DNA of 63,796 nt, filler included, from Diploschistes diacapsis (Eukaryota), in assembly GCA_023645945.1 (NCBI GenBank). It is 14 parts of 14 records of this genome, joined end to end, with 100 filler letters (N's around TTAATTAATTAA, not from the genome) between each part and the next. Parts side by side here need not be neighbours in the genome. Positions count along the whole stretch, not along the records: positions 1 to 22,081 come from JALAIB010000291.1; 13 more parts are not named here. One strand, 5' to 3'. Below, piece by piece: positions 1 to 11,890 of this stretch (positions within the stretch are counted from its first letter, which is position 1; every line of letters begins with the position of its first letter). A program made the position numbers and the translations under genes. The notes below the pieces were generated by a model. That model was not told the origin of the DNA. It searched no databases and saw nothing but the letters and a program-made list of their open reading frames with translations.

Positions 1-223
1 GGCCAGGGCGGGCTGTTAACGATTTTTGAAGCCCGGAAACAATAGTGGGTGGGCAGAGGGGGGTGGTGGGTAGCCCAAACCCGCCCAACGGCAATGCGTA
101 AAATTGACAGAGGATGATGACTGCACCACATTTTTAATCTCTTTATTTCATCCATCGCTTCTTTCGGTTTTTACCCACAACACTGATGATCGCAAGAGGG
201 CCGCGCTCTGCGCTTGGCGTAAC

Positions 224-2840
224 ATGTCTTATAGAGCGGTAGGTGATCTGCTTCCTTTATTTAATCTTGGAAGGGTTTACATCTGGCAGACACTGATCTC
301 CCTCACATAGGTCGCCGCTGCCACCCCTTTGGCTCGATCGCTCATTCGTGCGAGCCCGCGTCGAAGCCTTGAGCGTTCTCAATACAATCAGCCCGCGTTT
401 CGCCATTCCTCAACAACTGTTTCCGCCTTTCATACGAACCTCCAAGAGCCAGCGCTGCCTAACAGCGCGCCTGGGAAGAAGTTGACAACGCCACAAACGC
501 TGACGGAGAAGATCCTTCAACGCTATTCGGTCGATCTTCCGATGGGCAAGGTTGTCCGAAGCGGTGACTACGTCCAGATTCAACCTCACAGATGCCTCAC
601 GCATGATAATACCTGGCCTGTGGCCATGAGATTCATGTCCACAGGTGCTACCAAGATCAAGGATCCTGCTCAGCTTGTCTTTGCACTTGATCATGATGTA
701 CAGAACACGAGCCCCAGTAACTTGAAGAAGTACGATCAGATACAGGAGCTTGCGAAGAAGCATGGTGTCAACTTTTTTGGCGCAGGTCATGGGATCGGCC
801 ACCAAATCATGGCAAGCTTCTCTGCATCGATTTCATACCAGGGACCTTTAGTTTGCTAACGGATGCGTAGGTTGAAGAGCTTTTCGTTTGGCCAGGAACC
901 TTATGCGTTGGATCTGACAGCCACAGTAACATGTACGGAGCTCTGGCAAGCTTGGGAGTGGCCTTGGTCAGGACCGACGCGGCCGGAATATTTGCTACTG
1001 GGAAGAGTTGGTTCCAGTGTCCCCCAGTCGTGCAGGTGAATCTTCTAGGCACACTACCCCCAGGCGTTCGCGGCAAGGATGTTATTGTTGCGCTTTGTGG
1101 GCTCTTCCCACTGGATGTGCTGAACCACAGCGTTGAATTTATGGGATCGGAGGAAACCATGACTAGTATCTCCATGGACGACAGACTGACAATCAGTAAT
1201 ATGTCGACTGAGTGGTCTGCAACATCCGCAATGGTATGGCACCTGCTTGAGCTACAGTCTGCATTTCCATGAGCCCGTCTAATTGGTCTTCCTATAGTTT
1301 CCGATGGATGCGATACTAGAATGTTGGCTCCGATACAAGGCTACAGAGGCAGCAATGCTAGAGGATCGAACGACTCGACAACGGATTACGCACGAAATGG
1401 TTGACGAACTCTTTTCCAACCCTCTCCGATCTGATCCCGGAGCGCACTATGCAAAGAAACTCTACCTTGACCTCTCTACTCTGTCGCCTTATATCTCTGG
1501 ACCTAACTCCGTCAAAATCTCGACACCACTGCATGACCTCGCTACAAAAAACATCAAGATAGACAAGGGATACATTGTAAGCTGCACTAACTCGCGAAGC
1601 TCAGATCTGAAGGCTGCAGCCAAGGTATTTCAAGCTGCCGCCGAGTCAAATGGTGGTAGAATCCCCAAGATTGCAGATGGTGTTAAGCTATACATTGCAG
1701 CAGCTTCAGCCAGAGAGCAGGCTATTGCTGAGGATGAAGGTGACTGGCAGACCTTGGTCGAGGCTGGAGCTACCGTGCTCCCACCTTCATGTGGCCCATG
1801 TATCGGACTGGTAAGTAGTCACTGCTCCCCGTGTGGAATTTCGTGTGGAATTGATGCTGAGTATTAATAATACGTAGGGCACGGGTCTGCTAGAGGATGG
1901 CGAGACGGGAGTCTCTGCATCAAATCGCAATTTCAAGGGCCGTCTCGGATCAAGACGTGGGTTCTCCTCTTTCTATTTCAATCATGTTTGTAGCATTTCA
2001 GAGGACTGACAGCGAGAAGTTGCTCATGCGTACCTTGGTAGCCCCGAGGTTGTGGCTGCGAGCGCCCTGAACGGCGTTCTTTCAGGTCCCGGCGTCTACA
2101 AGATGCCGGAGACCTATACTGGCGTAGAGTACGGTTACGGCACCGAAAAACCTGCAACTATCGAAAACCAGCTCGGCAATGCCCTTGAACAGCTCGAGTC
2201 TCTTATCGACAGGGTTCAGATGACTGCTCGTATCGGCGATGATGGTGCCCAAGCAGTCACGAAGATCCTCCTAGGCTTCCCAGCCAAGATAAGCGGTGAA
2301 ATCGTCTTCGCTGATGCTGACAATCTGGACACCGACAACATATATGCTGGCAAATTTACCTATCAAGACGATATGACGACGGCAGATATGGGAAAAGTCT
2401 GCATGGAGAATTATGACCCGGAGTTCAGGTCAATCACAAAGCCCAACGATATCCTCGTCTCAGGGTTCAATTTTGGGTGTGGTTCATCAAGAGAGCAAGC
2501 CGCAACAGCTCTTCTGGCTAGGGAAATCCGACTTGTTGTGGCGGGCAGCTTCTCTAACATCTTTGTCCGGAACGGCGTTAATAATGCACTGCCTTGTCTA
2601 GAAGTGCCACGACTAGTGGAGCGTCTTCGTACTATCTTCTCAGAAAACAAGGTACCTACCCGGCGTACAGGCTGGACCCTGACATGGGATATTGCCCGGA
2701 GCATTATTGAGGTACAGGAGGGGGAGAATGGGGAACGCTGGGAGGAGAAGGTTGGAGAGTTTCCTGAGAATCTGCAGGAGATTATAGCAAAGGGGGGGTT
2801 GGTAGGATGGATCAAGCATGAGCTTGCGAAGGCTGCCTAA
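224..2840 (+). CDS. lys4: Homoaconitase (aconitase family, mitochondrial); 6 exons: 224-238, 311-811, 871-1233, 1298-1810, 1878-1956, 2020-2840
   Basis: Spliced protein has [60 protein letters not shown] and [12 protein letters not shown]. The N-terminus is Arg/Ser-rich like a mitochondrial presequence. All introns have branch sites and AG acceptors that keep the frame. Confidence 0.9.
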
Positions 2841-3725
2841 TAGACGGCAGTGTGGAGAGACAATGAACTCGATTCGGACTGGTTGTTCAATCTCAATGGA
2901 TGCGGCATGCGCACGTGACCTTCCGCTTCCTACTGTAGATGCCTTATGACTCCGCAGACATGGAGTCCAAGACCCTTGGCACGCACATGCTATATATACG
3001 CAGCGTGTACAAGTGTACGCAGTATATCCTCAAGGCTTTTATAGACTATTAAATAACTATTTAAATTCTCTATTATTTAAACTACTATTAACGTTAGGTT
3101 ATCATATAGAAACTAAGATAAGGGTCTATATAAGTGAGGCCTCCAGATGCGCCTTAATAATAAAGGCGCGGTTAACGTTAACGTGTTTCCCCATGAAACG
3201 GAACACCCCACCCCACGAAGCGGAACACTACATTATAATGTAACTGCGCTAGATTGAGCGCTTCCATATTTGTACGAAGCTAAATCTGTTCTCAACTACA
3301 CTACCCCGTTCTTCAGCCTTTAAGAAATACATTTTACGAAGGTGCAGGGATTGTGACCCGCTTCGTGGTGTGACCCGTTTCCTGGTGAAACACGTTAGTG
3401 AAGCTACGCTAGCTAATTATAGTGCAGCATTTGCGGTGAAGATTATGAGGCTGTGGGTGAATCGTAACACGCTCTCTCCTCGGCCATGCTGGCATTTTTG
3501 GCTTTTTACGTTTGACTGTACCTTAGACCGCACACATCCGCACGAACCTGATCCTAAAATTTCTGGAGAACCGATGCTGAACCCTCTCTCGGAACCAACC
3601 AAGACCGGTGCATATCTCGGGGTGCTAGGAAAGTTAAGAAGCGATCTTCAGCAGTCATAGTATCTGCAACGCGGTCGTTGCAGCACAGCCGTCAAGCAAA
3701 GGATATGTAAGAAGAACAGCAAAAA

Positions 3726-6542
3726 ATGGCTGCAGAACCGTCACAGGTGAAGGCGCATATTACGCAGCTATCGCGAAAGGTAAAGGGCCCATTCACTTCA
3801 TAAACTCACTAAAGTAGTACTGAATTCTGCGACTATAGATGTTCCCGTGCCGTTACGTCAGTGAACACGACTGCGACGAGGCCTTTCAGAGTCAGGTTGA
3901 GGCTTCCCACCATGCCATCCTCGGTCATCAGGTGGTACCCATCCACAAGACAAAAGCTGGACAATTCATATGCTTGCACGCTGAGTTTGGCTGCTCAGCA
4001 ACGTTTGAGACGACGACTCTTCTCACTACACATACTCAATCTGAACACCGAAAGGAAGCGTTTCCTTGCACACTTGCATAGAGCCGCAATTGCACAAAAA
4101 CGTTTTCACCACCATAAAGGGCATGGCCATGCATATCAACGCCAAACTTCGGCAGATTCGGGAACCCTGTCCTTCGGCAAAAGAGACGGGCTGCAAAGCT
4201 ACCTTCTCCAATGTGTGCAGCGCACGCTCACATGCCAGACATGTACACGGAGAGAAACCATACCCATGTCCATTGGCTGACGAGTACGATTGCACTGAGC
4301 GGTTCTACACTGTTGCGTTGGCTCAACGTCATGCTGGCATATGCCACAAGAAACTTGGATTTCCCTGTCCGCGCGCTGAGCAGCTCGACTGCATGGGTAG
4401 ATTCAACTCTAAAATAGAGGCGCAAAAGCATCTCCACGAGGAACACGAGCCGAACCCGTTTCCTTGTCCAGGGGCTGAGAAATACCAGTGCGAGAAACGA
4501 TTCCCCACATACGACGCTGCTCGAAAGCACATGGGAAGGGACCACGAGCGGTTTCCTTGCCCACGCGCTGAGGAACTTGGCTGCTCACAGACATTCTCCT
4601 TGAAGCTGAGCGCGACCAAACATGCTCGACTCGTGCATGACCATATCAAGTTCCCATGTCCATATGCAGATACAGCGGCTTGTGACAAGGTGTTTGCCTC
4701 AGTGGGTGGCGCGAGTCGGCATGCAAAATATCATACAAACCGCTTCCCTTGTCAACATCAGCATTGTGGAAAACGATTTCTCAATGCCCAGGAAGCTATC
4801 GAACATTCCCGCGATCCGCAGCATTCGCTCGCAGCTCTCTTCATCTGCACGCTTCAGGGGTGCCGAGGCGCTATTGCCGGTAAACGATACCTTGCACCAG
4901 CGATGAGAAGGCACCACCAGACACATGTCGAGTTCGGCGAGGTTGTACGTGGTGATGAGTCTTGTATATCGTCTGCGGAAGGATCACTACCAAGCAGTCA
5001 GCTATCACTCTTCTGGTCTATCCTTGAGCACAGTAGCATGGATTTAATTAAGACTGGTGATGGATGCAACGATGACGACATGCCTATTGAAGGTGACTGC
5101 GATGAGGCAGACGAAGAAGATGACACTCTCGCTCCCTGGGAAGAACAAAACAGCATCGAGGCCTCACCCGAAGAGCGTCGACGTCAGATTCACGAGTCAA
5201 ACACTGCCAAGTGGAGTAAGTCGTCCTTGCTTATTGAAGACTAACAGCAAGTTCCCGGAGTAGCTAGCCTACACTTTTGCCCTGTGGGTTTGACGAATCT
5301 TGGTCTCAAGTGTGTTGGACCGTCGATTCTCAAGCGTGAGATTGATGAACCATGCCCCCAACAGTGCCATAATCGACTTGGATACCGCACGCCTCCTTAC
5401 CAAGAAAAGACACGCAAGCAACTCTCACCGACTACATCTAGACTGTCGCTGCATCACATGCCACGCTGAGTATCGGGTGAGAGAATGTGTTGCGAAGAGT
5501 TCTCTTCATCTTCAAGTTCCGGGCTATCTATGCACGCGGCCAGGTTGCTCACGGCCTTGTATAGACGGTACTACGGGGTGTGATCTTCATCTTTGGGGTC
5601 TTTCGTTCGATTCCACCCCTAAAATCGACCTCCGACCTCTCCAGGAGGCGTTCAAAGCGACAACTTGCACAAGATGGGTTGCTTCTCCAACTTACGACGT
5701 AGTACGCCAAAGACTGTCGAATATCAGAGATGGCAAGCGACCTGGCTCAGATCTTGTCATCCTAGACGACGAGTACTCATTCGCTTCCAAACAACTGTGG
5801 GAATTTTCCCTTATCGAGCGAGTGTCAGGAAATGTTTTGATCAATACCACCATCGTACATCAGGATGGACTCGACCATACCCCAGTAGGTTCTCGCTATG
5901 TCAAAATGTGGAGCGAGATACAAGCCAAGAAGGTGTTTTCCTCAGGACGTCAGAACATCGACAGCATGACTGTACATCAAGTTGCTCAGAAGTTGAAGCA
6001 GACAGGCATCCATCCCGGAACAATCATCCTGGTATGGGCTGTCAACATTGGTGATTTGAGAATTCTGAGGAACTTCTTGGAATCTGCTGGGTATTTCGAC
6101 ATCCTGCCCCCTGACGAGAACTGTATACCGTTGATTCATGTTCTCCGTCCGAATCTGCCTGAATTCGGACAGAGGCCATTCCCCCTGAGACTTGAAGTCT
6201 TGTTCCCTGTTATGTTTCCTCGGCATCAGTTAATCGGACTCAATCATGCGGCGCTTGTCGACTGTCAGCAGACGCGACTGATCTGTATGGGGTTTGATCA
6301 ACTCTGTATGCCTGTTGAGAAGCGGGGGAAAGATTGGCAGCCGGAATCGGTTGCGAGGATTTCGCAGACTTCTATCCTTGATTGGTTAGGGAAGGGAAAC
6401 GAAACAGAGGAAGGCATGTGCATGTTTCTTACCTTGTGAGCATTGAGAATGCCAGCTGACTATTTGTATAGGGATTCACAAATGTGGGCACTCCTTTGTT
6501 AGGGGCCAAGGTGCGACGCTCAAGCGGTTGCGAAGATCCTGA
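3726..6542 (+). pseudogene. Multi-C2H2 zinc-finger protein fused to a C-terminal DEDDh (DnaQ-like) exonuclease domain; disrupted
   Basis: ATG 3726 and intron 3780-3838. About 11 repeats of F/Y-P-C-x4-7-C-x3-F-x8-H-x3-5-H lie in ORFs 3839-4081 and 4066-5244. ORF 5300-6439 has LVILDDEY, GDLRIL and NHAALVDC. There is an in-frame TAG at 4079-4081 and apparent frameshifts near 4104 and 5356. The intron at 5216-5263 and the last intron at 6414-6471 are inferred. Confidence 0.7.
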
Positions 6543-7474
6543 AGCTATGGATCAAGATTGGACAAATGCTTGTTGTTGTGGGCGTATCCGCGTTCTCTTG
6601 AAAGATGGTGAAGGCCGGTTGCCAGGTTGGGTGAGCGACCAGCATGAGGATGACACCAAGCGCCTCCGCCTCAATTGGCCCTTGTGTAGTTTGTCAGCAT
6701 ACTAGGTTCGGATTTAAAGCATTCCTCGTGATTTAACACGGCCGTGATCGGAGGCCTAGGCCTAGTACATGAAAGAGTAAAGACGCAACGGAAACAGAAG
6801 TGTTTCCATAACTTAGTAGCTTCTGTTGCGGCTTCGGTTGTATTTATGGCCACCGAGAGCCTGGGACGACGCGGAGCCAAAGATAGCGTACCGCGGCCCT
6901 AAATTCGGCACTCAACTTGGTTCCCAGGCAGCAGCGCCAACACGGGCGCATAATCCATCCAATCACCCCAGCCCTCACCCCAGCTTCACCCAGCTTCACC
7001 CCGACGCCGCCAACAGCGCACCCGGCCCTCACCCGGTCGCGCGAGCTCAGGGCAGCGACGCTCACCCGCCAGAACCGGACAGGAAATGGTCTTGGCATCT
7101 GCCCCGAATCCTGCTCCCCCCCATTATGAATCCGCATTTAGAACCAAGCCCAACGAGAATTACAGTCCTATATAGTCTTGACGGTCAACGGCGCCGATGG
7201 TCATGCTCAAAGTAACATTCGAGCATCTAATAACACAGGTTGATCTCAGAAAGGAAATTCAGAAGGGGAATATGAAAAGGGAGCACGATAAGGGTCATGG
7301 ATGATCCTGAGCAAGGCGTGTAGTACCTCTTAGGAAATACTTAAATTTTTTTATAGCAGCTCAAAGTAGTTTAAAAATAGTTGAAACGTTTGTAAAGTAG
7401 ATAAGGTGGCAAGGAACGTCAGAAGATTTCCCCTGAGAGTAAAATATGGGTAGAAATATAACAGCCATTTGCAA

Positions 7475-8815
7475 CTAAATCTTCTTTCCGTCTACTCTTC
7501 CGTCGCTCAATGCCATCGCTGAAAGCTGTTCCCCCTCCATCTGCGTTTCTTTCACCTCCGTTTTGGCTGACTCTATTACCAGCTTTGCCATGTCCCTCTC
7601 TGTCTTGTCGCTCTCCACCTTCCCCCGGTCCTCGGCAATGTGAGTCGCCGTTTGCTTCTGCAGTTTCTTTTCCACCGACCTTCTCTTTGCATCTCCAAGT
7701 TTCTTCAACCTTTGTGCTTCGTCCGTCGTGTTCCTCAAGTACATTTCCACGAAGACCAGGTGCAGGACACAGCACACCCAGGCCGCTGGGCCAAAGCTCA
7801 GACTCATAGCTGGCGCGAATTGGTCAATCCTCTTGGATATTACATTCGCCATCAATGTCGCCGTCGCATTTTGAGAGATTGCCGCGTATCCACCCAAAGG
7901 ACAAGTCAGTATCGCATTGAGCGGCGTGGCTGGATGCGTCATTCCCACTAGCCCAGGAGCGCACTCACTTCCATAGGTAGCGAAAAAATCTGGCTTCCGT
8001 GTAACGTTGCCGATATCGAGGCCAATGTTCAGCATGTAGAAAACTTGTGCACACGGCAACTGGATGGCGGCATAGTAGTCTATTCCGGGCGCGCCGAATT
8101 TCCGCAAGAGCGAGATGATGATGGCGTACGAGATCATAAAGGGGCGCATACTAACGATACCACCCATCGTAACCCATGTTCTCAGCATCCATGCTCTGTG
8201 CTCGTCTATGCGGTAGCTCTTTATTGCCTTGTATGCTTGAAAATGTCCCGCGAGGACGAACAGCGCAAGGGCCCACATCGCCAACCGCGCACTGGGCATC
8301 CCACCAAAGGCACGGTCCGAAATCATTATCGCAGAGATAGCAGCCGTGATGCCGCACGCCCAGCACGTATAGCCAACTGTACGGTGAACCTTAGGTCGAC
8401 GGGCCCTGATAGATGGAACGAATTGGGTGATGGCGAGCAGAGAGCCGGAAAAGACGGACCATAGGTGCAGGTAGATGCCGATCTGCCAGCGAGACCAGGG
8501 TTGAGTGTACCAATAGCATTCGCCTGGCGACGCATCACCGGCATCGGGGTCACAGAAGAAAGTGGAAACGAGGGCGACGCGGGAACGGAGAAGGACGAAA
8601 AGGAACAGTGATCCGGCTGTCCAAAGAACTAAAGAAGGTATTAGTGAGAATGTTGGAAAGAGGGAAGAGGAGCTGGATGGAAAAAGGTGGGAATCACAGT
8701 ATTTGAGGTTGGAGCGTTCAGTGAAGCCGAGGCGGCGGGAAAGTGTACTCATTGTCCGCTCGGTGAAGGAGGGCAAGGTCGAGGAGGTCATGGTGGTTGA
8801 CGAAGCTAATATCAT
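7475..8815 (-). CDS. DUF2306-like multi-pass membrane protein (start may be one of the downstream Mets)
   Basis: 446-aa intronless ORF with several hydrophobic segments and His motifs LHLW, QFVPSIR..PKVHRTVG and RIDEHRAWMLRTW typical of DUF2306. Confidence 0.75.
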   Translation of the reverse strand: MILASSTTMTSSTLPSFTERTMSTLSRRLGFTERSNLKYCDSHLFPSSSSSLFPTFSLIPSLVLWTAGSLFLFVLLRSRVALVSTFFCDPDAGDASPGECYWYTQPWSRWQIGIYLHLWSVFSGSLLAITQFVPSIRARRPKVHRTVGYTCWACGITAAISAIMISDRAFGGMPSARLAMWALALFVLAGHFQAYKAIKSYRIDEHRAWMLRTWVTMGGIVSMRPFMISYAIIISLLRKFGAPGIDYYAAIQLPCAQVFYMLNIGLDIGNVTRKPDFFATYGSECAPGLVGMTHPATPLNAILTCPLGGYAAISQNATATLMANVISKRIDQFAPAMSLSFGPAAWVCCVLHLVFVEMYLRNTTDEAQRLKKLGDAKRRSVEKKLQKQTATHIAEDRGKVESDKTERDMAKLVIESAKTEVKETQMEGEQLSAMALSDGRVDGKKI

Positions 8816-10118
8816 TCTGACGAGAAGCTTAGGAGCTTTTCACACACCCTCTATGGAGTTTTTTTATTGTATCCAACTGAAGTGGGTTTTATCAGGCCGA
8901 CTATGCGATTGCATCGAAGGGCAGGCCATTGACTTATAGCATCTCGTCAAAAAGTTTTATATAGCGTGCAACGCCTTCTTGCGGCCATTCTCTTGGGTGG
9001 CATATCTCAATAATGACCAATCAATGTTGAGTTGACTTGGCCTTGCGCCACGTTTTCGACGAGTTGTCGATGAAAGTTCTGTCGCTACGGCCATAGGCTG
9101 CTACCCGGATGAGTAGAGCTGTTGGACTCGGAGCTCGGGTTCGGGCCATCTTTAACTTGGCCCCATTGTTTTACGGCCGTTGCGCAAACATCAAAGCTTA
9201 AAACCGAATCATGGCTGGAATGAGACTCCTTAGGAGCCTTCATCTTTCCCAATCTACGTTCTAATATTAGCAATCGTTTTTCTCACCCAATTCACGCTGC
9301 TAATCAGGTGAGAAGTAATGACTCATTTGTAGTCCTGCTCAAACAGAAGTCTTGGCCCCTTACTGTGCTATCCGCGTCTGTTATCTGACCTGCTCATTAC
9401 GTACTTCACAACATCCGGGCCATCCTAAGCTGCCTTTCGCCTTGTCAGCATTTGATCCATTATATGGGCATTGTTATGCGATGAATATTTAATGAAATAT
9501 AGGTAGGCAGAATAATAGTATCCGGGAGCATGCTGGCACAATAGGTAGGTTGTAAAGTGTCATTGTTGTTGGACGAAGATTCGAGACTATTGTGCAATAG
9601 TGAGTATTCCCCAGCACCATGCGTTACATAATCACAAGTGTCCTTGCTTCAACAGTATCCATACCCAAATCCTCTACGAGACCGCGACGGTCGCCCTAGG
9701 GCAGCATCGTGACTTGAACAGTCACAGCCTGAAGTGGTCTGATCATTCCCATAAAAGCTGCCGTTGCTAAGCGTTTGCGTTAGAGCTGTTATTGGATAAT
9801 CGAATTAGTGCAAAAGGTGGAATCTTTGCTGCGTTTTAGCGTTGATGTAGGAGGTTCGACAGCTGTCGAGACTCTCGACCAAGTCACTTGCAATCGACAG
9901 CATAAAGCATACTCGAGGACGAAGCAGGAGAGCGATGCTTGAGCATGGTAGCAGCAGGGCAGAGCCATATGGAATTGCTAACCTAGGTCGCTTTCAGTGC
10001 CACTTACGCGGCTTTGGTGTGGTGTGTAAAGATCGTACATGTCGCCTATTATCCGTCGCTACAAATCCGACGCCAACCAAGCGTTGAGCCGCTGATTAGT
10101 ACAGTAATAGTTACCTTA

Positions 10119-10866
10119 TCACTCCTCCTCCCCCTTGTTCTTCTTCTTCTTCGCCGAAGTGGGCGCACCTTCCTTCTTTTGATGTACAACCAGCCGAGTC
10201 CATGACTCCTCCTTGTCCCATTCGAAGCCAGCTAATATGGGCAGGTCCATCTCATCGTCGGCCTGTGACACAAGACATCAGCATGCGCCAGCGAGACCTT
10301 TGCAGGCTGGGCTCACTTGCCTTCTTCTTGTACTGTTTGTATATCGCATCTAGAGCATCCTTAATCGTGACGCCTTTCAGATTTCTTGCAGTGACTTCGA
10401 GGCCCAGAGGGAAGTGGAGATCAATCTTCTTTACAGGAGGATCGGTAAGCAGCTTCTTCATGACATCCTTTTCATCTAGTGTCGTGGGGGAGGTGTTCAA
10501 TTTCCTAGAATTTGTGTTAATATTCTCCAACCTGCCCAAACGGCGTTGATATAGGCGAGGGTTTCATAGAGTTTAGTGGGGAAAAAAACGGACCAATTGA
10601 GCTTTTGCGTCTCCTTGGCTATCTTCAATTCCTTGCCCTCTTTTTCTATTACAATATCAGTTATGGCTGGCGAATTCGGAATGGGAGCAAGCATAAGAAC
10701 ATAGTGGAATGAGGCAACAAAGCTTACCCAGATCAGCGACGTTCCACACACCAGTTGCACTGGAACTGGCTCGCCTGTGGCCCTTCTTGTCCGCAGTGGG
10801 TGAGCCTCCTACGCCTCCGACAGCAGAGTCGACCTTGGTAAGGGTGTCATCAGCTTCAGCAGACAT
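10119..10866 (-). CDS. Small conserved fungal hypothetical protein; exons 10866-10728, 10645-10594, 10504-10321, 10262-10119
   Basis: Splicing gives one continuous frame MSAEADD...WNVADLEKEGKELKIAKETQKLNWKLNTSP...KIDLHFPLGLEVTARNLKGVTIKDALDAIYKQYKKKADDEMDLPILAGFEWDKEESWTRLVVHQKK...EEE*. Confidence 0.8.
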
Positions 10867-11890
10867 AGTGAGATGTAGAAAGAACCAAAGATGGACTCGA
10901 GAGAGTGATTGCTTTTGCGGTTTCTACTATAAAGCTTGACGGGGTAGAGATAGTCAGGAACAGTTTGGCTTGGATATGTAGTGTTTGTGAAAGGAAGTTG
11001 GACAGATGGCGTGAGCGAGGGGGGCTCATGCTGTAGTAAGGCGGGCATAGCACAGCAGCGGTGCGGGGGTGCTGTGTCCTTGGATACGTATTACAACCCG
11101 GAAAACGTAGGGTCAGGGGGGCAGGGCTGACGACGAGCTCGAGGTCACGGACTCACCATGATAGGTGCCAGTGGGTGGGTGTTCGAGCCGAAATGCGGAG
11201 TCAGGGAGAGAGCTATTGTGATTGGTCCATTGAGCAGCTCTTATTTTGCTTTCCCCGCAATACACTAGTCCACATTCGACATAGCCCCTTATTTGCAGAA
11301 CAAGCACCGTGAACACCTAGTGGCCTAGTAGACACGGCAGAACTGAGCCGCATAAAAACAACAATGCCTTGTATTGATGTGTGAAATATAGGTGTCTTTG
11401 TATCACGACAGTCTGGAACTAAGAAGATACAACTATCAGTGCTTCGCTCCGATTGATGCAAGGTTGGATTGCTTTCTCCTCGGCTGACAACCCATAGTGG
11501 CCTACTTAGTCTGACGTCAATCACTATAAGAAACCTCAATGCAAAGGCCACAGATGGAGAGAAGTGCAGAGAGAACTAGTTTCCAGAACTCCATCTAAGC
11601 AAGAGCCGTTTTGGCAGATGCCGAGCGTGTAAGACACAGATATGCCCAGAGCTGGAGGTTTCGATTTGATGAGACCTTGAAGTTCATCCCTGAAGCTAAC
11701 CTGCTCGGTTCTGACGATGACATGCAAATATTTTCTACTTCGGTACCCCTTTTGAGTATGCTTAGCGGAGATGCCTCTGGTCGTTGGCGCAAGCTAGAGA
11801 GATGGTCCTAGACAACGAGCCGAAGCTCATAAACAGGAAGTATAGCCCAAGAATCCCCAAACAGAGTAGCCTGGGGAAATTCGAAATTCT

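Noticed and set aside
1..95. GC-rich GGGCGGG...CCCGCCC inverted motif at the window start, possibly a transposon end
   Set aside because: The partner end is not visible and there is no second copy in the window.
6826..7215. Pro/His-rich ORFs with short CACCCCAGC repeats
   Set aside because: Low complexity, open in several frames and with no motif; likely non-coding.
2841..7474. Possible Starship or other large element carrying the finger-exonuclease gene
   Set aside because: No tyrosine-recombinase captain, TIRs or TSD could be identified; only short AT-rich flanks are present.
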